Virus record (IMG/VR): IMGVR_UViG_3300032038_000035
Span: 1 to 64,000 of that record
DNA from: a virus
Taxonomy: Duplodnaviria > Caudoviricetes
Direction: 5' to 3' (one strand)
Length of the DNA stretch: 64,000 nucleotides
Positions 1-9,562 of this stretch are shown piece after piece. The notes below the pieces were generated by a model. That model was not told the origin of the DNA, ran no database searches, and saw only the letters and a list, made by a program, of their open reading frames with translations. Position 1 is the stretch's first letter. Each line of letters opens with the position of its first letter. The position numbers and the translations under genes were made by a program.

Positions 1-3000
1 GATTTAGTTTAGTATACAGATCAGATATATGAATACTCATCTCATGATTTTCTACAGAGTTAAAGTCTTCAATATAAGTTCTTACATAATTGATAAATCT
101 GGACTTGAAATCAGATGCATCAACAAGTGCTCTAAGCTTAACACCAAATTTGAATCTGAGTGTTACGCTATCGAGCTGATACATTGTCTCATCATTAATG
201 CCATCATTATCAGCATCGATAATTCTATTATTACCTATAGTGAGATATCTGGATCTACCATATGTATTATAGAATTTCATATTGATAGTAAAGTTATTAT
301 CGAGAAGATTATATGCATCCGATATCCAATCATGATTGGTTTTGAGTATCTTAAATAAGTCATATACATTACCGGGATTTTTTGCCCATTCAGCTCTAAC
401 CAATGGAACTTCTCTAAGCTCAGTATATGTCTTAGTCACATCAACAGCTTGTAATGTATCAGGTGTGATTGTTGTGTATATTGACTTCTGATTTTTAGAT
501 ACAGATCTTATGAATCTATAAAGCTCTAAGAGTTTTACAGGATCAGTCTGTGGATTCTCATATACATTAGTAAGTGTATATCCATTTACATATTCCACAT
601 TTCGGTATATGCTCTGGGTAGAATCATTAGGATCAGAAGGAGGAATATTATCATCATCATATTTAACAAATATTCCTATATTAAAGAAACAATTCTCGGG
701 ATCTATAGCAATACCATCATCTATATCAGCAGTGAGTGAATTGAATATACCATCGTTTACTAATAATAGATCTTTTGTACTGATTTGATCTGTTGCTTTA
801 ATATATGCAGAATAATTATATGAGTCAAGAGCTTGGTCATATGACTCAAATATAAACGGGATATAGTAGTCATTGTTAACATCATTCTTATTCTTAAACA
901 TAGCGATTATTCTAACTTGCATAGAATCTCTAGGTCTAAGTGTAGCTATGATATTGCCTTGTATGAACTTACTACCTGCAATGAGATCTGTAGTATAAGA
1001 TAATTGCACATTAAATATCTTCTGGTCTAATACATCTTTGGAATATGTAACTGCACTACCAACACGTATACCTGTAATGAGAGAAGTCTCATACAGACTA
1101 CCTGTGAAGTTAGCATCAATATAATTCTTGAGATTAATATCTCCATTGAAATAATCTTCTGTCTTAGTTAACTCCATTGATTCGGTAGAACCAGCGAAGT
1201 ATCTGACTATCATATATACAGAACCAGATTTAGAATGTAATCCACCTGTAGTATCAGGAATGAATACAAATCTTTCAACTATTCCATCATATGCAGCATA
1301 AATATTATTAGATGCATTAGTAACATTAGTATCCGGTGCATTATCTACATATAATAATTCTTTGAGATTGATATCAGCTACAGAAGGTTGTATGCTTACT
1401 GTAAGCTTATAGAAATTCTCTCCAAATAATGCATTTCTAGATACAGTTAATCCAGATGCATTAAATTGGATAATAGAATTATCTTCAACATAGTTGAGGT
1501 CTAATGGATATACATCATTAAATGTATTCTTATAGTATGCACTAATACCAGTTCTTAAATTATATCTTAACAAATATGGATTTGTGTATGTATATACATT
1601 ATCCATTGCATTTACAAGTTCATCTATTCTCTCATTGAGATTAGATGCGATACCATCAACACCAGCTTCACTAAGAACAGCTCTAGCTTTTCTTAATTCT
1701 TCTTCTGTAGAATTAGGATCATTAATTATATCAACATATTTCTGGAGATAATCATGCATTATATTCCAACGGTCGTTGAGGCTAAGTGATGTAGATGTTA
1801 TGATATTATTTACAGTATCAGGATATACCATATATTTACGTAAATCGGTTGTAACTATATTACGATTATCTGTATATATAGCTTTACGTAAAACACCATA
1901 GTCTTGTATAATGTAGAATGGTGTATTCTGGTCATCTAATATCATATGACCTTCATCATCTACCACAAGAGTATTCTTTTTGCATACAGTGTATACAGTA
2001 ACTTGCTCACCATCTACTATCTTCTTAATAAGCTCATTCTCATTAAGAATATGAGTATCTATAACTAATCCATCTTCTCCAATATATTCAGAAGGTAATG
2101 CGTCATAGTCTATGATATATTCACCCGATTCTGTATCTATGACATTTCCATCTGTATCAATAAGTTTATCACTATATTCCATATAGCCTCTTATAAAATA
2201 GCAATATGGATTTATAATAGTTTTATAAATACCATCGGGAGTTGACATATATACAGGGACAAGATTACCTTCAGAATCTTCTTGAGTCAGATAATCAACT
2301 TGTCTGTATAATGGATTACCATCACCATCTACCTTATCAGTCTTTACATTACCAATAGGATCAGTTGAGAGATAATATGTGCCATCATCATTTGCAACGT
2401 AAATAGGTTCGAGATCATAATTTGACGGAGATACATCGTGATACTTCCATATAGTACCGGCTTTAATGATAATATCATTGTCATTAAAATAACCTATTTT
2501 ACTTATGGTACTACCATCATCCGCAGTTGTCTCTATATCATCATGGAAGAATTCACAAGTGATACTGTTAGTTGGTATAATATAGCCACTAGCATCTTTT
2601 ATCAATAAGAATGCATTATACATTCTCTCGAAGCAGTCATCTCTCTTTTTAGAGAAGATGATTCTATTTCTCGTCGTTCTAGCTGTCTTATCAAACATAA
2701 CTTGCAGATCTGAATCTGTAGTATATGTTTTATTAGTTGCATATGCAGCTATTACATCTCTCTTGAAATCATCAAGAGTTTTAACAGATGAACCACCTAT
2801 AGCAGAACCGATTATCTTACCAGTCATTCTAATAGAGTTATTGTAGAGATATTTCTCTGAATGTATTCTACAAGATAATGGTCCATCATATCTATCAAAG
2901 TTTCCATCTTCACCCAACGTTGTATATACATCGACAGTTATCTGTGAATTATATGTAGGATTAAAATAAGGATTATTCGGGAAGCACAATCTCAATGTTT

Positions 3001-3811
3001 CATCATCGAGCATTTGCCATTCGCAATATGCGCCCTTATAAGGATTAGAGTTTACCGGTAACTTCTGAAGTTGTTGCATAGATTGCTGATTAGCTTCTGT
3101 GTAATAAGCTTCAAAGTTACACATAAATTTACCAACATTAAAATCCATTGATAGATTTGAAATCAATGGACTTGCATTTATATATTGAGAGAACTGTGTT
3201 ATCATACATTGTCTCAATGTAACTTTAAGAAGTAATAAAGTCTCTGGTCCATTCTTGTATACCTTAGACTTGATGTACTTCATATATGAAGTATTGAGAC
3301 TGTTATTGGTTTCTTTATCATATCTGGCTGTATATACATATTTTACTTGAGATAATTTCTTTACAGATTTATATTCCTTAGCTGTTATAACTACAGGATA
3401 GTCTAACATGAAAGGTATACTACCTGCATAGAATACAGCAGTATTGTCGAGTACGAATGTATATATGCCAGTCTCATCATTGACTGTACCATATGTAAGA
3501 ATATCAGATTCTCTTAATATAAGAATAGCTGTTGCAGTTGCAGGATTGGGTAAAGGATATCCAATCTGCTGAAGTGCTGCCATCTTATAAAATGATTTTA
3601 AATATTTGGCATATGTAGGATAGAATTCACGTCTGGCTATAGATACAGCATGATGGGTATCGTTTTCAACTGTACCCATTACTTCATTTATATAACCAAA
3701 CTGTGATGTCATGTATAATTCAGATGCATCAAAATCAAAATAGTTCGGGGCTATTTCTTCTAGCCATTTTTGCATACTGACGTCTTTATCAGTATAATCT
3801 ATATAAGCCAT
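1..3811 (-). CDS. Baseplate wedge-like virion protein (T4 gp6-like), >1270 aa, runs off the window edge
   Basis: Missing from the ORF track, presumably because it has no stop in the window. ATG at 3811 with GAGGTG RBS; reads MAYIDYTDKDVSMQKWLEEIAPNYF...YTTLGEDGNF...IGGSSVKTLDDFKRDV...TTDSDL, a gp6/baseplate-J-like pattern; lies among structural genes. Confidence 0.65.
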   Translation of the reverse strand, partial: MAYIDYTDKDVSMQKWLEEIAPNYFDFDASELYMTSQFGYINEVMGTVENDTHHAVSIARREFYPTYAKYLKSFYKMAALQQIGYPLPNPATATAILILRESDILTYGTVNDETGIYTFVLDNTAVFYAGSIPFMLDYPVVITAKEYKSVKKLSQVKYVYTARYDKETNNSLNTSYMKYIKSKVYKNGPETLLLLKVTLRQCMITQFSQYINASPLISNLSMDFNVGKFMCNFEAYYTEANQQSMQQLQKLPVNSNPYKGAYCEWQMLDDETLRLCFPNNPYFNPTYNSQITVDVYTTLGEDGNFDRYDGPLSCRIHSEKYLYNNSIRMTGKIIGSAIGGSSVKTLDDFKRDVIAAYATNKTYTTDSDLQVMFDKTARTTRNRIIFSKKRDDCFERMYNAFLLIKDASGYIIPTNSITCEFFHDDIETTADDGSTISKIGYFNDNDIIIKAGTIWKYHDVSPSNYDLEPIYVANDDGTYYLSTDPIGNVKTDKVDGDGNPLYRQVDYLTQEDSEGNLVPVYMSTPDGIYKTIINPYCYFIRGYMEYSDKLIDTDGNVIDTESGEYIIDYDALPSEYIGEDGLVIDTHILNENELIKKIVDGEQVTVYTVCKKNTLVVDDEGHMILDDQNTPFYIIQDYGVLRKAIYTDNRNIVTTDLRKYMVYPDTVNNIITSTSLSLNDRWNIMHDYLQKYVDIINDPNSTEEELRKARAVLSEAGVDGIASNLNERIDELVNAMDNVYTYTNPYLLRYNLRTGISAYYKNTFNDVYPLDLNYVEDNSIIQFNASGLTVSRNALFGENFYKLTVSIQPSVADINLKELLYVDNAPDTNVTNASNNIYAAYDGIVERFVFIPDTTGGLHSKSGSVYMIVRYFAGSTESMELTKTEDYFNGDINLKNYIDANFTGSLYETSLITGIRVGSAVTYSKDVLDQKIFNVQLSYTTDLIAGSKFIQGNIIATLRPRDSMQVRIIAMFKNKNDVNNDYYIPFIFESYDQALDSYNYSAYIKATDQISTKDLLLVNDGIFNSLTADIDDGIAIDPENCFFNIGIFVKYDDDNIPPSDPNDSTQSIYRNVEYVNGYTLTNVYENPQTDPVKLLELYRFIRSVSKNQKSIYTTITPDTLQAVDVTKTYTELREVPLVRAEWAKNPGNVYDLFKILKTNHDWISDAYNLLDNNFTINMKFYNTYGRSRYLTIGNNRIIDADNDGINDETMYQLDSVTLRFKFGVKLRALVDASDFKSRFINYVRTYIEDFNSVENHEMSIHISDLYTKLN

Positions 3812-3839
3812 ATTTGTAGTCACCTCTTTTTAAGATGAT

Positions 3840-5108
3840 TTATCGTTCTTGCTGATTTTCGTTATTCAATCTGCTATTATAAGGACGTGGACGCCATCTC
3901 AATTTATAAACTTTGCGTAAGAAGTCAAATGTAATAAATGGTGCACCAACCATAGATGCTCCACTAGGAGTACCATCGACATCTGCAAATACTTGGGAAT
4001 GTGGTACATACCGAGGATTTGGCTGTAATATATTACCGGTTTCAGATTCATTGGTACCATTAGAACCAAGTATACCTGCATTGTAGTTGAAGTCTGCAAA
4101 TATTTGAGGAGTTAAAACCTCTGGCAATCCACCAGAAAATTGTATTTCAATACCATTATCCATTCTATCTTCCCAAGTAAATCTATAATTGGAATGAGGA
4201 ATAGTGGTAGGAAATGCTCCAGTTATTTTAGCCCAGTACAAAATATCAGTACCATCAGGCTTAGTTATTATTTCATATATCGATGTGGCATAGTCTATTA
4301 TAGAAGTGCCATAATAGAATCTAGCTGCAGCATAGTCATGATATGGTGATATAATACCATATGAAACTAAATCTATATATTTTATCCATGCATCAAATAA
4401 TGCAGTTATATCCATAGATTCATTTTCTCTAAATTGTACTTGTGTACTTTGATTAGTACGTACGCTGTTAGAGTTGCCTGCATATGATGTAGTAAATCCA
4501 GTAAACGGTTGATCTAATCTATATTCTTCTACTTGGAAATCGGGTAAAGAGAAATCCATTGCTCTAGGTGTTAGGAATGATATAAAATGATTATCCTCAT
4601 TTACACCTCCATTACCATCTTGACTCATGCCATATAAATCTACATGTGTTAAAGATTGTAATATATGTGGTTTAGTGACTAATAGATTTGAGAAGTACGG
4701 ATCTTTAGCTACTGCATCAAAAATGTTTAGATCTGGCTTTACTATAAAACAATATTTTTTACCATATGCGAGTTCATCACCCGGATATATAGTACGATAT
4801 CTATTAAAATATCTGGAATCATATGATACCATTTTATCATCTGTTTGCATACCTAATGCTTGCGACATATTATCTGCAAAATCTAATTGCTGTAATATAC
4901 CACTACCTGTAGCGGATTCATTACCAGAAAATATATTATACACTGCAGGGTTTAATGAATTATTTTCAAACTGTTGGCTCTCCCGAAGTGGTCGGCTAAC
5001 TGATGCATGTGTGTAATTATATAAACTCATGCCTGAATCATTTGTAGGTAAATTATTTACAATGCGATATGAATCGCTAACTTTTCGATCTAAAATACTT
5101 TCGCTCAA
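3840..5108 (-). CDS. Tail-tube-like / tube-initiator virion protein
   Basis: FRENESMDITALFDAWIKYI...YWAKITGAFPTTIP resembles the T4 gp19/gp48/gp54 tube fold; late-type promoter upstream. Confidence 0.5.
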   Translation of the reverse strand: MSESILDRKVSDSYRIVNNLPTNDSGMSLYNYTHASVSRPLRESQQFENNSLNPAVYNIFSGNESATGSGILQQLDFADNMSQALGMQTDDKMVSYDSRYFNRYRTIYPGDELAYGKKYCFIVKPDLNIFDAVAKDPYFSNLLVTKPHILQSLTHVDLYGMSQDGNGGVNEDNHFISFLTPRAMDFSLPDFQVEEYRLDQPFTGFTTSYAGNSNSVRTNQSTQVQFRENESMDITALFDAWIKYIDLVSYGIISPYHDYAAARFYYGTSIIDYATSIYEIITKPDGTDILYWAKITGAFPTTIPHSNYRFTWEDRMDNGIEIQFSGGLPEVLTPQIFADFNYNAGILGSNGTNESETGNILQPNPRYVPHSQVFADVDGTPSGASMVGAPFITFDFLRKVYKLRWRPRPYNSRLNNENQQER

Positions 5109-5137
5109 TGTTTATCACCTTGCTTTATGATAAAATC

Positions 5138-5151
5138 TTATAAAAGTGTCC
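5138..5151 (-). promoter_or_regulatory. Late-type phage promoter GGACA-N6-TAA
   Basis: GGACActtttaTAA upstream of the tube/baseplate operon; the motif recurs before most structural genes. Confidence 0.7.
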
Positions 5152-5165
5152 ATCGAGCGAAATTT

Positions 5166-5181
5166 ATATTTATATATACTA
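5166..5181 (+). promoter_or_regulatory. Early-type promoter ATATTTATATAT
   Basis: The exact 12-mer also precedes genes at 24203, 33137 and 47216; resembles the phiKZ early consensus TATATTAC. Confidence 0.6.
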
Positions 5182-5249
5182 ACAATGTAAAACTAAGAAG
5201 AAAATTGTTTCCAATATGATAAAGTGCTCACGAAAGGAGGAACTTAATC

Positions 5250-5948
5250 ATGGGAATCTTTAGTACAATTATTAGCGGCATTACCAAAGTAGCTGAATTT
5301 GTTGTTGGCACAGTAGCAGCAGCAATAGCTACTCCTACAGTTGGTACAGTTGTAGCAGCAGTTGCAACAGTCGGTGCTGTAATTGGTGGTGCGTATTTAA
5401 TATATAAAGGTGTATCTTATGTAGTTAATAAGTGCGATCAGTACATAACTTATAAGTGCAATCCTGATGAGGTATCAACAAGGTTCATGCTTCCCGGTGC
5501 AAAGACTAGGGATAATGCAATGAATAATGATGATATCGCAGCTGATGTTGCAACTGCAGTTTGCAGCAGCAATGCTACATCTGCTACATATACCAAGAGG
5601 TATTCAATCGATGATGATGTCATCGGTGAGACATTCGCATCTGTAAAGCCCAGATCTCATAAGCGTAAGGATAAGAAGTCTAAGGCTAAGAGAGCTAGGG
5701 ATTATAGAATCAGGTCATCTCATTCTGAGAAATCACTTAAGAGCTCTGCAATAGATGTGCCTTTTATAGAAGTTGCTGATGATATAAAGCGTGAAGACAA
5801 GCCCAAGAAGAAGAAGCTGTCTCTTAGGAAAATAAGAGACGTTGCTGAAGCTCATGGACTTCTGAAAGAAGATGGTCGTTGTGTAACACCCGACGAGTAT
5901 CTCGATAGTCTTCCCTTTATGAGAAGCAACATCACTTGCATCTGCTAA
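5250..5948 (+). CDS. Hypothetical protein, N-terminal hydrophobic A/V/G-rich segment and basic C-terminal half
   Basis: ORF with AGGAGG RBS, own promoter and downstream hairpin-T tract (~5958-5997). Confidence 0.75.
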   Translation: MGIFSTIISGITKVAEFVVGTVAAAIATPTVGTVVAAVATVGAVIGGAYLIYKGVSYVVNKCDQYITYKCNPDEVSTRFMLPGAKTRDNAMNNDDIAADVATAVCSSNATSATYTKRYSIDDDVIGETFASVKPRSHKRKDKKSKAKRARDYRIRSSHSEKSLKSSAIDVPFIEVADDIKREDKPKKKKLSLRKIRDVAEAHGLLKEDGRCVTPDEYLDSLPFMRSNITCIC

Positions 5949-6024
5949 GAATATCACCATAATGCCATTTAGAAATAAATGGCATTATGATTTTTTTGTT
6001 ATAATCGGCTATATATACGCACGA

Positions 6025-6038
6025 GAACAGATGATTAA
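6025..6038 (+). promoter_or_regulatory. Late-type promoter GAACA-N6-TAA
   Basis: GAACAgatgatTAA upstream of the 6069 gene. Confidence 0.65.
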
Positions 6039-6068
6039 TGTGTTTAATAACAAAGGAGTGAATCTAGC

Positions 6069-7454
6069 ATGAATGATATAGAGTTCAAATTTAATGAAGA
6101 TATTAGACCTATACTCATGGGCGCAAAAACTGCCCAAGATTACTATAGAAAGACTTCTGTATCCGCATTAGCTAGAGACCTCATTCTCCAGTATCCTGTT
6201 CTCATTAGTGCTGATATCGAATATGATGATGCTATTGTATTAACAAAAGCTCTTGAGCTTCAGTATGCATCATTACAGGTAATGGTACTCAGTGCAGATA
6301 CAGTATTTGGTGTAGACCCATCTACAACTGCTGGTGTTAGAGATCTCTTAGCTAGGTATCATTCTAATAATGATACACCCAATATGGTTAGCTATGCTGG
6401 TAATATGATCTACAATATAGGCTCTATTGTTAGCAGTATGCCTATGCCTTTAGAAAGTGCAGATACTGAAATCTCATTAACAAGTGCTAAGACAATAGAC
6501 TTTACTCATACAAGTGACTTCCTTGAGTCATTATGGGAAAAGCCTGTTAGTGCATCTGAGTCAACAACTTTAAATGATCTGTATAATCCTTCTAAGGCAT
6601 TAATAGATACTGTATCTAAAGTTGCTGAATCAGCTGAGAATATTGCATCTGCTAATGAGGCTGAAAACTTCTTCCAAGCTGCTCAACACATTAGCAATAC
6701 TGATACCCAGTTTAATGTACGTAAAGTTGCAGGTAGACCTCAGCCGGGTCATAGCATGTATGAAAAAGACCGTGATCTGAGACCGGGTGGCGATAAGCCC
6801 GCAGCTGCAATTCTTAAGATTGAGAAAGAGTATTCTAAGCTTGAACCTACTATGGTCGAACTCGAGTTCTTTGTAAAGAATGGTGATGATTCTGGTCTGA
6901 AGAAAGCCGTTATCGGTATTTCTGCTATGCCCAGAGCAATTCCTTCTGATGTAATGAGAACCAATATTATCAAGGCTATGCAGCATGATAATACTGGATT
7001 TAAATTTATCGCATGGACTCGTGGTGAGCAAAAAGTTGTTAAGGATTTCTTATTCAACGTAACTAGAATAAAAGAAGATGCAATGGCTAAGTCTAGATAT
7101 GATAAGTGGTTCGCGGCTCTTAGAAAACGTAAGAGAAATGCTAAAGCATTCAGAGGTTCTAGACAAGCTATCAATCCTCTTACATCTATTATTGTAACAA
7201 AGAATGATGTTGCTCTTATAAAGCAATCATCTGGATTTGATCTCTTAGATGAAGAAACAGCTACAAAGCTTATGGATTCTTTATATCTCTTATGCTTTAT
7301 GGTAGTTGATACTGATACAGGTCTTGTATCATCTCTCCTTGATGGTCAGAGATACTTCACTGAGACCACAGTAAATCATCTTAAGAAGAGCAATAAAGAT
7401 AAGAGCAATGATCTTACTAACGTAAGAGAAATGCTTAAACTTCTTGGAAGATAA
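6069..7454 (+). CDS. Probable virion head/internal protein
   Basis: Late promoter; cluster of A/S-x-E motifs (ASE, SAE, ANE) in a central linker. Confidence 0.5.
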   Translation: MNDIEFKFNEDIRPILMGAKTAQDYYRKTSVSALARDLILQYPVLISADIEYDDAIVLTKALELQYASLQVMVLSADTVFGVDPSTTAGVRDLLARYHSNNDTPNMVSYAGNMIYNIGSIVSSMPMPLESADTEISLTSAKTIDFTHTSDFLESLWEKPVSASESTTLNDLYNPSKALIDTVSKVAESAENIASANEAENFFQAAQHISNTDTQFNVRKVAGRPQPGHSMYEKDRDLRPGGDKPAAAILKIEKEYSKLEPTMVELEFFVKNGDDSGLKKAVIGISAMPRAIPSDVMRTNIIKAMQHDNTGFKFIAWTRGEQKVVKDFLFNVTRIKEDAMAKSRYDKWFAALRKRKRNAKAFRGSRQAINPLTSIIVTKNDVALIKQSSGFDLLDEETATKLMDSLYLLCFMVVDTDTGLVSSLLDGQRYFTETTVNHLKKSNKDKSNDLTNVREMLKLLGR

Positions 7455-7469
7455 GGAGGCGCACATATT

Positions 7470-8600
7470 ATGTACAATTACAGAGTATTTGGAGATGTAA
7501 ATGAAATTATACATGATATAATATCTGCTTCTCCTGCTAATGAAGCATCCAGCTTAAAGAAGACAATCTATAACGATTTAAACTTCAATAATATGCTGGA
7601 AGCTAATGAAGCATCTATTAACGAGAATACTGGTGTTGGTAAATTACTCGAAGTAATGCTCAATACTGTAGATGCTAATATGGATACGAAGTTTGATTAT
7701 GTTGGTAAATCAAGAGGCGATGTTACTAAGATAAAAGACTTCTATGCTGTAAATGCTTCAATCAATTACATAAATAAAATTGTAACTGATTATGGTGCAG
7801 CTAATGGAATGACACCAACTCCAAAGCTTAGTGTTTCACCTTTAGCGCCTACTAATTTAAATAGAATGAATGATGTTTATGATATTCTTAAATCACATAA
7901 ACAAGACTTTATGTATGGATATAAGATAGACAATAACATCATTAAGAATACATATGCATGCTTGGTATTTATTCTCATAGATATGACTTGTCTTAATATG
8001 GTTTATGTAACCGAATTTATGGAGGATATGACTAAGCACGATTTGCCTAATACAAATAGATTACCATTTGCTATACATCATAGTGTAACAAGGAATGGTA
8101 GATATCTGCATAATGTAGATAAGATGATAAAGTTATTCCATGATGGTTCATGGAATAAGGCTTTCAGTGTAATAAGACAATACAATGGTAAGAAAGCTAC
8201 AGAAGATGCAGTTGCAGTTGGTTTCTTAATTGCAATGATTGGTGCAATACCTATGGTTGCAGTTATGCTCATATATCTGATAAGATTCTTTATATGTTTC
8301 TATTTTGAAACGGCTGTCAATATTAGAAACAAATGCGGAGCTCTTGCTAAATATATAGACGAAGTATCTAAGACTGAAGAAGATCATGTTGCATTATATA
8401 GACAGACTAAAGCAGTAAAGATACTCTCTAATATATCTAACTTCATTACTACTAGCATTCTCAAAGAAGATACTAGAGGAATGGCAGCAGTTGCTCAAGC
8501 TGATAGAGAAATCAAAGAACAGGCATATGTATCTGATGCAAACTTCAACAAATTAACAAGTTCTAATGGAATATCTGCAAATGATATTGTGTTTGAATAA
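7470..8600 (+). CDS. Probable virion internal protein with one hydrophobic segment
   Basis: Co-transcribed with 6069; ANEAS twice near the N-terminus; ATE directly before a hydrophobic helix. Confidence 0.45.
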   Translation: MYNYRVFGDVNEIIHDIISASPANEASSLKKTIYNDLNFNNMLEANEASINENTGVGKLLEVMLNTVDANMDTKFDYVGKSRGDVTKIKDFYAVNASINYINKIVTDYGAANGMTPTPKLSVSPLAPTNLNRMNDVYDILKSHKQDFMYGYKIDNNIIKNTYACLVFILIDMTCLNMVYVTEFMEDMTKHDLPNTNRLPFAIHHSVTRNGRYLHNVDKMIKLFHDGSWNKAFSVIRQYNGKKATEDAVAVGFLIAMIGAIPMVAVMLIYLIRFFICFYFETAVNIRNKCGALAKYIDEVSKTEEDHVALYRQTKAVKILSNISNFITTSILKEDTRGMAAVAQADREIKEQAYVSDANFNKLTSSNGISANDIVFE

Positions 8601-8607
8601 GTAACGA

Positions 8608-8651
8608 AAAATTAGTTCTATACAGTAATTAAACTGTATAGAACTAATTTT
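8608..8651. terminator. Bidirectional intrinsic terminator
   Basis: aaaattagttctatacagt...actgtatagaactaatttt inverted repeat between convergent genes. Confidence 0.85.
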
Positions 8652-8895
8652 AAAACCGTACTACTAATCTATTATTTTTTATATCTGGTATGATATAAAT
8701 GTATTTCTCTAGTTTAACATTGAAACTTCTAGCTTTACTAAACTTATCAGATACTGATTGCTTAAATGTCTTGATATCAGTATACGGATCGTCTGATGGA
8801 ATACATACAAAGTCTTTCTTTTCTTGATACTCTTCTGTAATAATCTGTCTAATTTGATTTTTTATATCATGGTGCTTTACATATACGTTATCCAT
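8650..8895 (-). CDS. Hypothetical protein
   Basis: 81-aa ORF with AAGGATGTG RBS. Confidence 0.6.
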   Translation of the reverse strand: MDNVYVKHHDIKNQIRQIITEEYQEKKDFVCIPSDDPYTDIKTFKQSVSDKFSKARSFNVKLEKYIYIIPDIKNNRLVVRF

Positions 8896-8927
8896 AATAT
8901 CACATCCTTTGACAGAGTTATTTTATA

Positions 8928-9551
8928 CTATTTTTTATCACCAATTAATTTTTTATACATTGTGGTCGATTCAATACGTTTTTTATTATATTTCGAATCA
9001 TAGTCCACTTGATATTCGATGGTTATATCTACTCTTGGTTTTAAACAGTAATATTTTTCACTAGTACCACTAATTATGATGTTATCATTAATAATAAGAG
9101 TTCTTTGTATAGCATCCGAATATGTTTTACCTAAATTATCCCAATCTCCACCACCAACAGGTCTGATATATTTCATTTGAGCTAATATCTTTTCTGATGA
9201 ATTCATGGTACTAGGAATGGGATAATATGATTCTACTAATAATTTACATGCAGTATGTATAATCGGCGCATCCTGAATTATCTTGCTAACATAATTCCAG
9301 TTTTCTTTAGCGCCTTCTACATACACAACACCACTACCAGTAAACCTAGGTCTACATGCTGGTTGAGGTATTACATTAAATGAAAATTTTAATTTTTGCC
9401 ATTCTATATTCGTAATTATGTCTATTAGTCTTTGTACGTCGTCGTCATTAATACGATAATGTGATTTTATAAACTCTATTTGAGAATCATAATCATCCGG
9501 GAGATTATCATATAATTCTTTATAGCGTTTATTTAAAACAGACATTTTCAT
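8928..9551 (-). CDS. rusA: RusA-like Holliday junction resolvase
   Basis: PQPACRPRF and DWDNLGKTYSD...IND match the RusA DxDNxxK..D..(N/D)D catalytic pattern. Confidence 0.8.
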   Translation of the reverse strand: MKMSVLNKRYKELYDNLPDDYDSQIEFIKSHYRINDDDVQRLIDIITNIEWQKLKFSFNVIPQPACRPRFTGSGVVYVEGAKENWNYVSKIIQDAPIIHTACKLLVESYYPIPSTMNSSEKILAQMKYIRPVGGGDWDNLGKTYSDAIQRTLIINDNIIISGTSEKYYCLKPRVDITIEYQVDYDSKYNKKRIESTTMYKKLIGDKK

Positions 9552-9562
9552 GATATCACCAT

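Noticed and set aside
1-3811. Apparent 3.8-kb gap with short plus-strand ORFs (29-358, 2658-2846)
   Set aside because: Explained by a minus-strand baseplate gene truncated by the window edge; the short ORFs are shadows.
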